A DNA stretch of 64,000 bases from Oscillospiraceae bacterium. GTDB taxonomy: Bacteria; Bacillota; Clostridia; Oscillospirales; CAG-272. The translations under genes and the position numbers were made by a program. The stretch's first letter is position 1. Every line of letters begins with the position of its first letter. Under the pieces are notes generated by a model that saw nothing but the letters and a program-made list of their open reading frames with translations, made no database searches and was not told the origin of the DNA. Of this stretch, positions 9,465 to 18,323 are shown piece by piece. The stretch lies in the NCBI GenBank assembly GCA_015064285.1, contig SVSN01000006.1, positions 6,975-70,974 of the forward strand, given 5' to 3'.

Positions 9465-10418
9465 CTAGGAGGTTATTTCCTCCATTTTTGTGTACAACGT
9501 ACCATCCAGAGCACTATACACCAATTCTCCTGCTGTATCGGTCTTTACGCGCCAGCAGGGAATCAGACAAAAACCTTCATTCTGTGCCAGAAAATACAGA
9601 GAATAACACTGTTCCAGCCCCAGAACCATACACCTGCCGTTCGGTATATCTATACCGGCCAGTGTACGCTTCATCATAAACAGGATATTCGTAATATCAG
9701 AAAGCTGTGCAGTATAGGATTCCGCAAAGTTCATAAAGCACCATTTACCGGCCGCTTCTGTAACCACGCCGTTCTCCACCACACAGATCACGGAATTCTC
9801 CGTTACTTCCACACCATCGATTTGCCGCAGACAACGCACGTAAGTCCTGCCATTATCATAGCCGTGTACGGAAGCAATCACCGTCTCGATCTGCAGATTC
9901 CTCTGCAGCTGTTCGTCCTGACGATCCAGAAATGTCATGGCAGCCTGTGCAGCACTTCCGGATACTGAAAGCGGCGAAAGTCCTTCAGTCAGCTGCTCAT
10001 ATACCTGCAGAGAGCCGTCCGCGTGGTTTACAACACCTTCCGGTTCCAGCGAAGCATGCCGGTAATGAAACCCGAATCCATCGGTAAACTCTGTAATATC
10101 GCCGCTGTAATGCAGAAACAGCTGTCCTTCCGGAATGACAAATCTGCTCTTGATCTCGCTTCCGGTCAGCAGAACAGCGGTCTTTTCCTCATACTCACTG
10201 CCGTCAGATACATAGATAAGGCCATCCTCACGCCTCCGAGGCACCATATCTGCTTCCAGATATATTCCCTCGTCTGCCAGAACGCGGCACAGATCTTCCA
10301 CAGCAGTTTCCGGAATCCGGTATACATTCCGATGCAGCACCAGCAGATTTGCTGCCAAAATAAACAATGCCAGACAGAGTACCGTAAACAGCACTGCCAT
10401 AATCCTCTTCTGCCGCAT
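9465..10418 (-). CDS. membrane-anchored regulatory protein, YycI-like by position
   Basis: GGAGGTG lies 7 nt before the ATG. It has a single N-terminal TM. It is the fourth gene of a WalR/WalK/YycH/YycI-like operon; the function is inferred from synteny only. Confidence 0.6.
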   Translation of the reverse strand: MRQKRIMAVLFTVLCLALFILAANLLVLHRNVYRIPETAVEDLCRVLADEGIYLEADMVPRRREDGLIYVSDGSEYEEKTAVLLTGSEIKSRFVIPEGQLFLHYSGDITEFTDGFGFHYRHASLEPEGVVNHADGSLQVYEQLTEGLSPLSVSGSAAQAAMTFLDRQDEQLQRNLQIETVIASVHGYDNGRTYVRCLRQIDGVEVTENSVICVVENGVVTEAAGKWCFMNFAESYTAQLSDITNILFMMKRTLAGIDIPNGRCMVLGLEQCYSLYFLAQNEGFCLIPCWRVKTDTAGELVYSALDGTLYTKMEEITS

Positions 10419-10445
10419 GGAACATCACCTCCGGATCTGTTTCTC

Positions 10446-11819
10446 TTATTGCTTCCGGTACAAAACCCATACCGGATAGATACCATTGCTTTCAAAATCT
10501 GTCGGATATGTCAGAGTTACATCTGTGTAAAGTACATCTGTCTCCGCGATTCCCGCAAGAACACCGGTTTCCAGATATCCGGTATCAAAATCCCCCAATG
10601 ACCGGATGGAAATAGTATACATATCTGCCAGCATCACCCGTTCGTTCACCACCTGCACGATCAGCGCCGGCTCACAGCCATCCAGAAGCAGGTTATCAAA
10701 TGCGTACCGGAATACAATCTGCAAGATTCCATCTATCACATAAATTTCCGTCAGTATCAGTTCACCGTCTCCGCCCAGATAGTATGTGTGTATATTCCGC
10801 AGATTCTGCACAATTGTACAGGCGGCTCTCAGTCCGTCCATGGGTGTGTATCGCTCTTTGTATCCCACAAAATTCTCCAGTCGAATCCCGCCGTCAGCCC
10901 CTGCCGTATAGATAAATCTGTTCGACTGCATCCGGAAAATCCCGTGGGATTCAACAGTTACCTGTGTACCGTCATTTTCATCATGGGTACTGAGTTTATC
11001 AGGGTTAAAATCAAACTGTCTGAGCAGCTTTTTGAAATGATTCCGGTTTTCCTGAATCATAACGGCAGAATCCGGCGTCAGCAGCATATTGCGTACCCGC
11101 AGCCGCTCCAGAAAGACCGGTTCTGTATCTCCGCAGCCTTCCGCACCCAACTTAAACCGGAAAAAGCTGCCGGAAAAGCTTTTTGAAAAGGCCGTTACGG
11201 AAGCAAGCGTAGGATATTCCCGCCTGCCGTCGCAAAGATACCGCCAAATTGTTCCCTCCAGATCCTGCACATAGATCTGACAGTCCCCATAATGCTCATC
11301 CGGCAGCAGCAGAATCATCTCCCGTACCGGCATGACCGTTTCGTCATCCACCTTTTCCACACCACCGCAAAGCGAGGCCGCCGCTCCCTGAAGAACCATA
11401 ACCGGCAGAGCACTGTGATAACGGATATATACAGCCCGTTTGCTTCTGGAAGCCATTTCCCAGTTCACATCCGTATCTTCTATGGGAGAAGCCATCAGTC
11501 CATCGGCAAGGCAGGGAGACAGCATTGTATACAGTTCTCTGACCACATTGTCTCCCACAGATATCCCGATTCCTTCCGGATCCGGCGAAATACCAATAAA
11601 AGCAGGGTATACATAGTCACTGGGAGAAGCCGCAACCGCTTCATCTTCCATATCGGAAAGCAGTGAGGACAGCGCAAAAGGCGGATCAGAATACAGCGTC
11701 CCGCTGGCGGCACTGTTCATGGCAATGGTCAGCACCATCAGCGCCAGCATCAGTGCAAACGACAGAACCACGCAGGCTACCAGTATTTTTTCTCCGCGGG
11801 ACATGTGGTTTTTCCGCAC
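10446..11819 (-). CDS. membrane-anchored regulatory protein, YycH-like by position and size
   Basis: GTG 11819 lies 7 nt after GGAGG. It has an N-terminal TM, is 457 aa and sits directly downstream of the kinase gene. Confidence 0.6.
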   Translation of the reverse strand: MRKNHMSRGEKILVACVVLSFALMLALMVLTIAMNSAASGTLYSDPPFALSSLLSDMEDEAVAASPSDYVYPAFIGISPDPEGIGISVGDNVVRELYTMLSPCLADGLMASPIEDTDVNWEMASRSKRAVYIRYHSALPVMVLQGAAASLCGGVEKVDDETVMPVREMILLLPDEHYGDCQIYVQDLEGTIWRYLCDGRREYPTLASVTAFSKSFSGSFFRFKLGAEGCGDTEPVFLERLRVRNMLLTPDSAVMIQENRNHFKKLLRQFDFNPDKLSTHDENDGTQVTVESHGIFRMQSNRFIYTAGADGGIRLENFVGYKERYTPMDGLRAACTIVQNLRNIHTYYLGGDGELILTEIYVIDGILQIVFRYAFDNLLLDGCEPALIVQVVNERVMLADMYTISIRSLGDFDTGYLETGVLAGIAETDVLYTDVTLTYPTDFESNGIYPVWVLYRKQ

Positions 11820-11849
11820 AGAACCGCCTCCTTCCCTCTATAGTCTTCG

Positions 11850-13685
11850 TTATACCGCTTTTTCTTCTGTTTCTGTATTTTTCAGTCTGGTTACAAAAGG
11901 CAGTTCAATACGCACTTCTGTCCCCTCATTAAGCCGGCTGTTGATGGCGATACGCCCGCCATGGGCTTCCACCAGTTCCTTGGCAATCGCCAGCCCCAAT
12001 CCGGTTCCTCCGGCATCCGATGTACGGGATTTTTCTACCCGATAGAACCGCTCAAACAGATGCTCAATATCGCTTTCCGGGATTCCCACACCATTATCCT
12101 TCACTGTGGTGATCAGATGGTCATTTTCCCGGAACATTTTCACATCTATCCGGCCGCCCTCCGGCGTATACTTGATCGCATTGGACAGGATATTGATCAT
12201 CACCTGTTCCAGCCGCTGTCGGTCACCGGTTACAGCAGGCAGATCCGGTTCCGCTACGCAGGAAATCTCATGTCCGTGAGATTCCAGATCCGTCCGCATT
12301 ACTTCACAAAGCCGTCTGACCGATGCAGGCATGTCGAAAGTTTCCACCTGCCACTTGGTTCGCTTGTTGTCCAATCGGGACAGCACCAGCAGATCCGATA
12401 CAATCCGTGTCATCCGATCACTTTCAGAAAGAATCATATCGAGGAAATATTCCCGCATTTCCCCTTCCATTTCCGGATCGGAAAGAATGGTTTCCGTGGC
12501 TCCCTTGATAGAAGTCAGGGGTGTACGCAGCTCATGGGACACATTGGCCACAAATTCCCGTCGGCTCTCGTCCAGTTCATACCGTCCTGTCACATCATGG
12601 GCAATCACGATGCAGCCGGGCACCATTTTTCCGCCTTCTGCGTACCGGATGATCCCGAAACTCACGTCAAACACACGTCCGGCAAAAATCCGGTCACGGA
12701 AGACAAAGCCGTCCTTGGATCGTTCCACTTCTGCATCCGGTGAGGTAAGACGTAAGGTTTTGCCGTCCCGCTGCAGGGGAATATCCATTTCTTCCAGACA
12801 AACATCCAAAGAAGGGATCCCAGCTTTGTCAAAGGTATTTTCGTACAGATCCGCCGCGCTGTTGTTCCAGTGCAGCAGTTTACCGTTGGCAGCAAAGGTA
12901 AACACAGCATCCCGCATACAGGCCAGCACCGTCTGGAGCTTTTCTCTTTCTCCGGATACGGCATCCAGTGTTTCTTTCAGCTGGTCTTTCATATAGTTGA
13001 AATTGGCTGTCAGCACACCCAGTTCGTCACTGGAATTTACTTCGATAGGATGGGTAAAATCCCCTTCCGCCACCATCCGTGTCCCATGGGTCAGCCGCTG
13101 GATCGGAGAGGTAATGGCTTTTGCAAGGAAGAAAGAAAGTAGAATCGCAATCAGAATCCCCACAAACATGGCCTGCAGAATGATAGAGAAAATCACCTGA
13201 TTCAGCTGCCGCACCTCTTCCAGTGAGTCTTTGATATATACAATAACCCGTCCGTCTTCAAAAGGCACAGCCCAATCGGCATATTCCGTACCACTGAAAA
13301 TCCGGTTGTCATACCGTCCTGCCATGGCAGCCAGTATATTGGGCGTAATCGCCAGTTCTGTTCCCAAAAGGATGTCAGACCCCGCCAGCAGTTCTCCGTC
13401 CCCGTCCAGTACATAATAGTTCCGGTACGCATCGATCCCCAGAATACTGCCGTAGGAAGACAGAATCTCCTTCATATTTGTGCGATTGTTGCTTCCGCCG
13501 GCTGCTTGCTGCAGTTCATGGTACAGAATAGTACCTTCATCAAAGCACTCTTCCATCTGACTGCCAAACTGATTCGTGAAATAGCCGGAAACCCCGTTGA
13601 TCAGGATGGCTGACACCGCACACATGACTGCGATAATAAAGATCAGCAGAATCAGCACGATCTTAAAATACAGACTTTTGAACAT
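11850..13685 (-). CDS. sensor histidine kinase (WalK/VicK-like: 2 TM, HAMP, PAS, HisKA, HATPase)
   Basis: H-box SHELRTPLTSI; N and G boxes NAIKYT, DNGVGI, GTGLGLAI. Confidence 0.9.
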   Translation of the reverse strand: MFKSLYFKIVLILLIFIIAVMCAVSAILINGVSGYFTNQFGSQMEECFDEGTILYHELQQAAGGSNNRTNMKEILSSYGSILGIDAYRNYYVLDGDGELLAGSDILLGTELAITPNILAAMAGRYDNRIFSGTEYADWAVPFEDGRVIVYIKDSLEEVRQLNQVIFSIILQAMFVGILIAILLSFFLAKAITSPIQRLTHGTRMVAEGDFTHPIEVNSSDELGVLTANFNYMKDQLKETLDAVSGEREKLQTVLACMRDAVFTFAANGKLLHWNNSAADLYENTFDKAGIPSLDVCLEEMDIPLQRDGKTLRLTSPDAEVERSKDGFVFRDRIFAGRVFDVSFGIIRYAEGGKMVPGCIVIAHDVTGRYELDESRREFVANVSHELRTPLTSIKGATETILSDPEMEGEMREYFLDMILSESDRMTRIVSDLLVLSRLDNKRTKWQVETFDMPASVRRLCEVMRTDLESHGHEISCVAEPDLPAVTGDRQRLEQVMINILSNAIKYTPEGGRIDVKMFRENDHLITTVKDNGVGIPESDIEHLFERFYRVEKSRTSDAGGTGLGLAIAKELVEAHGGRIAINSRLNEGTEVRIELPFVTRLKNTETEEKAV

Positions 13686-13727
13686 AGATAGTCTCCCCGG
13701 TGTGAGAGAAATTTTGTCTGGTCAGAC

Positions 13728-14450
13728 TCAGTGTTTCGCCAGAAAATACCCAACGCCTCTTTTGGTCAGCAGATATTCCGGTCTTGCGGGATCTTTTTCG
13801 ATCTTGTTGCGGATCCGGCATACCGTTACGTCCACTGTACGGATATCGCCGTAGTAATCGTCATAGCCCCAGATGGCTTCCAGCAGGGCTTCTCTGGAAT
13901 AGGCTTTTCCCACATTTGCTGCCAGAAATGCTATGAAATCATAGTCCTTTTTGGACAGTTCAATGGGTTCTCCGCCTTTGGTAACAGAGTAGTGAACGGT
14001 ATCAATCGTCAGTTCCCCTACCGTGATGGCAGCTTCTTCCGCCGGCAGTGCGCTGCGTGCCTGCACCACTTCTCCGGAACTGCGCCGGATATTGGCACGG
14101 ATCCGGGAAAGCAGCTCCTTGAAGGAGAAGGGCTTGGTCACATAATCGTCCGCACCGGTATCCAGCCCCAGAATCTTGTCCTTTTCCTCTTCTCTGGCCG
14201 TCACGAAAATAATCGGCACCTGAGAAACCAGCCGTACTTTTTCGCACACTTCAAACCCATTCATCCGGGGCAGCATGATGTCCAGAAGGATCAGGTCATA
14301 GCCGCCCGTCAGCGCCTCTGTCAGTCCGGTCTCCCCGTCATAGGCACAGGTACAGTCATATCCTTCCTTCTTAATATTATAAGCCAGTACCTGTGCAATA
14401 TTTTTTTCATCTTCTACAATCAGAATTCTTTTCTTTCCATTTGTTTCCAC
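13728..14450 (-). CDS. OmpR/PhoB-family response regulator (WalR-like)
   Basis: Receiver domain (ILIVEDE..., LILLDIMLP) plus a C-terminal winged-helix (RGVGYFL). Confidence 0.9.
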   Translation of the reverse strand: METNGKKRILIVEDEKNIAQVLAYNIKKEGYDCTCAYDGETGLTEALTGGYDLILLDIMLPRMNGFEVCEKVRLVSQVPIIFVTAREEEKDKILGLDTGADDYVTKPFSFKELLSRIRANIRRSSGEVVQARSALPAEEAAITVGELTIDTVHYSVTKGGEPIELSKKDYDFIAFLAANVGKAYSREALLEAIWGYDDYYGDIRTVDVTVCRIRNKIEKDPARPEYLLTKRGVGYFLAKH

Positions 14451-14466
14451 GATATTCCCTTCTTTC

Positions 14467-15525
14467 TTATGGCAGCAGTACGTCAGACCGGCACCATTCC
14501 GGATCTGCCGTCAGGTTGCAGAGCAGTGCCAGCATCCGCTGAGAACAGCCGTCCCATCCCACTCTTACTACTGCCGTGTCATTCTCCAGCATATATGCAT
14601 ACAGTTCTTCATACAACAGATCCGGGTCTGTGGTCTGGTTTACCGTGAAATCCGGTTCCAAAATCACATACCCCGCCTGCCGCAGCGCATCTCTGTCTGT
14701 GGTTTCTTCCGCAGGCATCACCAGTTCCAGCCGCCGGCAGCCCATGGCTTCCAGTCTGGCATTCACCGCTTCCGCCTCTTCTGCAGATCCGGCACAGATA
14801 CCGCTGTTTTTCCAGAATCCGTATTCCCGCAGTTTCTCATCCGTCGAGCCGGCATGCAGAAACATGGTGCATACCAGACCGCTGCTTCTGACAATGTCTT
14901 CCGCCGGTATATACCCCTGCTTCTCATAATTGTCTCCGGTGACAATATAAACCCGCTTGATCCCATCCCCTTCGGGAACCTGTTCCGGTTCTGTACTGTC
15001 TTCTTCTGTTTTCTGTGTTTCCTCCGGTGTACGTTCCGGCACATACATAGCCAGCAGTTCTTCCATATTCCGTGAGGCACTTCCGTCCGACATCCGCAGG
15101 ATCATATGTCCGTCTTCACTCTGGGTATATTCACAGACCAGCGAAAAGATCCCGGCAATCCATTCCCCGCTCAGATAAGTATGCCCGTTTTCCCGGAATA
15201 CACTGATGTTCTCATGAATCAGACCGTTGACTACTGCCGTTTTGCTGCTGAACAGAACGGAGACATAGGTACCATCTGTGTGGGTCAGCAGCAGATTCTC
15301 CTCACCGCGATGCCAGGAAACCGTGATATCACTGAACATCCCCAGCATATCCGCCGGTACATGGTAGATCCCATCCTTAACCAGAAGAGGCGCTACACTG
15401 TCTTTATACCAGGCTTCATCGTTATGAAACAGGGTCGGCACGACAGCACTGTTTGCAAAAGTTCCCACACCGATAGCAATAGCAGCCAGTACCGCCAGAA
15501 GCGCCGGAATCCAGATCCGTTTCAT
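14467..15525 (-). CDS. secreted/anchored protein with copper-amine-oxidase N-terminal-like (stalk) domain
   Basis: N-terminal TM/signal MKRIWIPALLAVLAAIAIG. It shows a repeated beta-rich pattern (VKDGIYHVPADML..., TAVVNGLIHENISVF). Confidence 0.6.
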   Translation of the reverse strand: MKRIWIPALLAVLAAIAIGVGTFANSAVVPTLFHNDEAWYKDSVAPLLVKDGIYHVPADMLGMFSDITVSWHRGEENLLLTHTDGTYVSVLFSSKTAVVNGLIHENISVFRENGHTYLSGEWIAGIFSLVCEYTQSEDGHMILRMSDGSASRNMEELLAMYVPERTPEETQKTEEDSTEPEQVPEGDGIKRVYIVTGDNYEKQGYIPAEDIVRSSGLVCTMFLHAGSTDEKLREYGFWKNSGICAGSAEEAEAVNARLEAMGCRRLELVMPAEETTDRDALRQAGYVILEPDFTVNQTTDPDLLYEELYAYMLENDTAVVRVGWDGCSQRMLALLCNLTADPEWCRSDVLLP

Positions 15526-15532
15526 GCCATTC

Positions 15533-16663
15533 TCACCCTTCCGTGATATATTCTTTCTCCGTGTGCAGATGGTATGCCACTGCCAGATCCACTACCATAC
15601 CGTAGCTTCTGGTACCTTCCGCTGTTCCCTGCAATACCAGATAGGTATTGTTCACCGCATCACTGACTTCCGCTGCCGTATTGTCACGGTACTTGTCGAA
15701 AAATTCGCTGTAGCACTGCAGGTCATACCGTACCCGGCTGTCCAGTGCACGGACTACTTCATAATACAGCTCCGGTGAAGCCGTATACAGAGGAGACGCC
15801 AGATATTCATACATATTCAGATACCCACTGTACTGCATATAGATATCTTCCGAACCAATGCAGACCAGATAGGCCAGAAAATTCGCTTCGTTTTCTCTGG
15901 CAATGCCGCGCTGGTGCGCCATTTCATGGGCTGTGGTATATACATTCACAAAATAGGGATAGTTGGTATTCAGATTGGCTTCTCCGGTAAAGTAAGTATA
16001 CATCCCGGAGATGTGGGTATAGGTCATCAGAGACGACAGAGTAATCTGTTTTACAGGCACGTGCAGTACCGGGAGAAAATCATATCGTCCCGCCAGTTTT
16101 TCATAGGAATCCAGACACAGTTCCACCGTCTTTTCGTGATCATAGGGTCTGACGGAACCTTTTTCTTCCACATAATGAACACCGTCCGCCAGAATGTTCA
16201 GCCGTTCCACCACGATCATGGCCGTTTCATACAGCTGCTTTGCGGAAACTTCCTGTCTGTCCAGCCCCAGCTTTCGATCCACAGTGGTTCCCCGGTATCC
16301 GGCGGCAAAAGTGGCAACAAACAGCGTGTACATCACCGCTACTATGGCCAGAAGCCCGGCGATCACCCGGACAGCATACCGTTTTCCCCGGGAAGCTTTC
16401 CGGACACTCACCACGATCAGTACAGTCGCCAGCACCGGAATCCCCAGAATGATGGTTTCCGCCAGAGAAAAGGGAATCCATCCGGTCAGATGCGCCGTAA
16501 GACTGCGAAAAAATATACTGATATTTTCGTTGAACCAATCCGCAAAAGAACGGTTAAAAACGAAAACAATATGACATACCGCCGCCGCCAGAGTCACAAG
16601 CCAGACAGGCAGACAGACCGCCGGCAGCCAGCGATGGATTCTTCTAAAGGTTCTCGTCCACAT
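15533..16663 (-). CDS. DUF3810 domain-containing membrane protein (zincin-like HExxH)
   Basis: It has N-terminal TM helices and AHEMAHQRGIARENEANFLAYL, characteristic of DUF3810. Confidence 0.75.
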   Translation of the reverse strand: MWTRTFRRIHRWLPAVCLPVWLVTLAAAVCHIVFVFNRSFADWFNENISIFFRSLTAHLTGWIPFSLAETIILGIPVLATVLIVVSVRKASRGKRYAVRVIAGLLAIVAVMYTLFVATFAAGYRGTTVDRKLGLDRQEVSAKQLYETAMIVVERLNILADGVHYVEEKGSVRPYDHEKTVELCLDSYEKLAGRYDFLPVLHVPVKQITLSSLMTYTHISGMYTYFTGEANLNTNYPYFVNVYTTAHEMAHQRGIARENEANFLAYLVCIGSEDIYMQYSGYLNMYEYLASPLYTASPELYYEVVRALDSRVRYDLQCYSEFFDKYRDNTAAEVSDAVNNTYLVLQGTAEGTRSYGMVVDLAVAYHLHTEKEYITEG

Positions 16664-17636
16664 GGGGATCTTCCTTTCTCATCAGAGGAATTGCGTTTTG
16701 GCAGCAGGCTTCCGCCGCTGCCAGTATCGTTTCCCGTTCTCCGGTCACTGCATCCAGCAGCGCCAGCATATCTTCATGCAGCGGCGCCGTCAGAGCCATG
16801 TGCCGGCCGTCTTCCGGATGGGGAAAGCAGGTCAGATACGAATGGAGGGCGTGCCTTGTAATATAGGGGGACGCCGTACCGTACAGATCATCCCCGGTCA
16901 CGGGACAGCCGATTCCGGCAAACTGTACCCGGATCTGATGGGTTCGTCCGGTAATGGGGTGCGCCATAACCACCGCATGTCTGCCGTTTTCCCACAGAAC
17001 CGCATAATCGGTCAGGGCAATTTTGGCGTCCGGCATATCCGGGGTTGTTTCTTCTCTTTTGATGATGCTGTCTCCCACCCGATGCATCCAGGTGGTCAGC
17101 CGTCCGCTTTTCTCCGCAGGCACACCGTCCAGTACCGCCAGATAGGTTTTGGAAATCTGTCCGGTGGTCATATAGGTATACATTTTATAAGAAGCATCCC
17201 GGGTATTGGCGGTCAGCATACATCCGCTGGTATCCCTGTCCAGCCGGTTCACAGGCCGGAACACATAGGGCTTGTCCCGGTACCGCCACGCCAGCGCATT
17301 GGATACGGTATCCTTCTGATGGCCGAGGGACGGATGGGCAGGCATATCCGCCGGCTTGTTCACCACTGTGATCCATTCATCCTCATAGATCACCTCAAGG
17401 GGCAGCTCCACAGCGATGGTATACGGACTCACATCCGCTGCAGAATCTTCCACCTTCAGGGAAAGCACATCCCCTTCACACAGCACATACCGCACCGTCC
17501 GGAACTCCCCGTTGACCAGGATCCCGCCTTCGGAAAATTTCAGTTTTTTGATCAGATTGGAAGAATACCCCAGATCCCGCTGCAGTACCTCTCTGATGGT
17601 TTTCCCCGCCCGGGCAGCATCTATTCCCAGTTCCAT
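16644..17636 (-). CDS. RluA-family pseudouridine synthase (RluD-like)
   Basis: N-terminal S4-like domain; catalytic motif NRLDRDTSGCML; HQIRVQ motif. Confidence 0.85.
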   Translation of the reverse strand: MELGIDAARAGKTIREVLQRDLGYSSNLIKKLKFSEGGILVNGEFRTVRYVLCEGDVLSLKVEDSAADVSPYTIAVELPLEVIYEDEWITVVNKPADMPAHPSLGHQKDTVSNALAWRYRDKPYVFRPVNRLDRDTSGCMLTANTRDASYKMYTYMTTGQISKTYLAVLDGVPAEKSGRLTTWMHRVGDSIIKREETTPDMPDAKIALTDYAVLWENGRHAVVMAHPITGRTHQIRVQFAGIGCPVTGDDLYGTASPYITRHALHSYLTCFPHPEDGRHMALTAPLHEDMLALLDAVTGERETILAAAEACCQNAIPLMRKEDPHVDENL

Positions 17637-17698
17637 GAAATGATTCTCTACCTTTTATTTATATAGTATATACTGCAGGCTGTCCGTACATCCTGCAT

Positions 17699-18046
17699 TC
17701 AGTCGTCCAGTTCCCGCCAGTAGCTGTAATAGGCAACGATGGTACGTTCTTCTCCGCCGTGCTCCAGATCGGGTGCGGTAATCACAACACCTTCCAGGGA
17801 AAGCAGTTCCCATGCCTGCAGATCCAGTACATTGGCCCGCATGACCACATCCTGGCTGGCATATACCAGAAGCTCATCCTCTTTGCGGATGATGGAACCC
17901 TTCTTGGCAACCACTTCTTCGATGCCTTCGATCTTTTCCGTTACACATTTCAGGCTCCGGCCGTCCAGATAATTGGCCAGATCGTTCTTATAGCGCTTAC
18001 TGTTGACATTCTTGCTTTTCGTCCAGTGTTTGCTCTTCTTAAACAT
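17699..18046 (-). CDS. hypothetical protein (115 aa)
   Basis: Trimmed to ATG 18046, 5 nt after AGGTG. It has a basic N-terminus and no recognised domain. It is divergent from the ABC/DUF1854 cluster. Confidence 0.6.
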   Translation of the reverse strand: MFKKSKHWTKSKNVNSKRYKNDLANYLDGRSLKCVTEKIEGIEEVVAKKGSIIRKEDELLVYASQDVVMRANVLDLQAWELLSLEGVVITAPDLEHGGEERTIVAYYSYWRELDD

Positions 18047-18323
18047 ATTGTCACCTCGAAATTGATGCATTTTATGCAATATGCCGAAATTTCAAAAAAT
18101 TGTGAAATACTCTTGCATATTCCGTGATTTATGTTATCATAAATGAACATAGAGGATTCAAACTTGGACTCCTATGGTCTCCGGTAAGAATCATCTGTGG
18201 AATGGTCATCACCATTATAGCACAAAAGCTGCTCTGTGTGAATAACAAACCGTAAATTTTTACACGGAGCTGCAAATCCAACCAGAGAAAGCCCATTTTC
18301 AAACAGGGCACGGAGATGAAACT

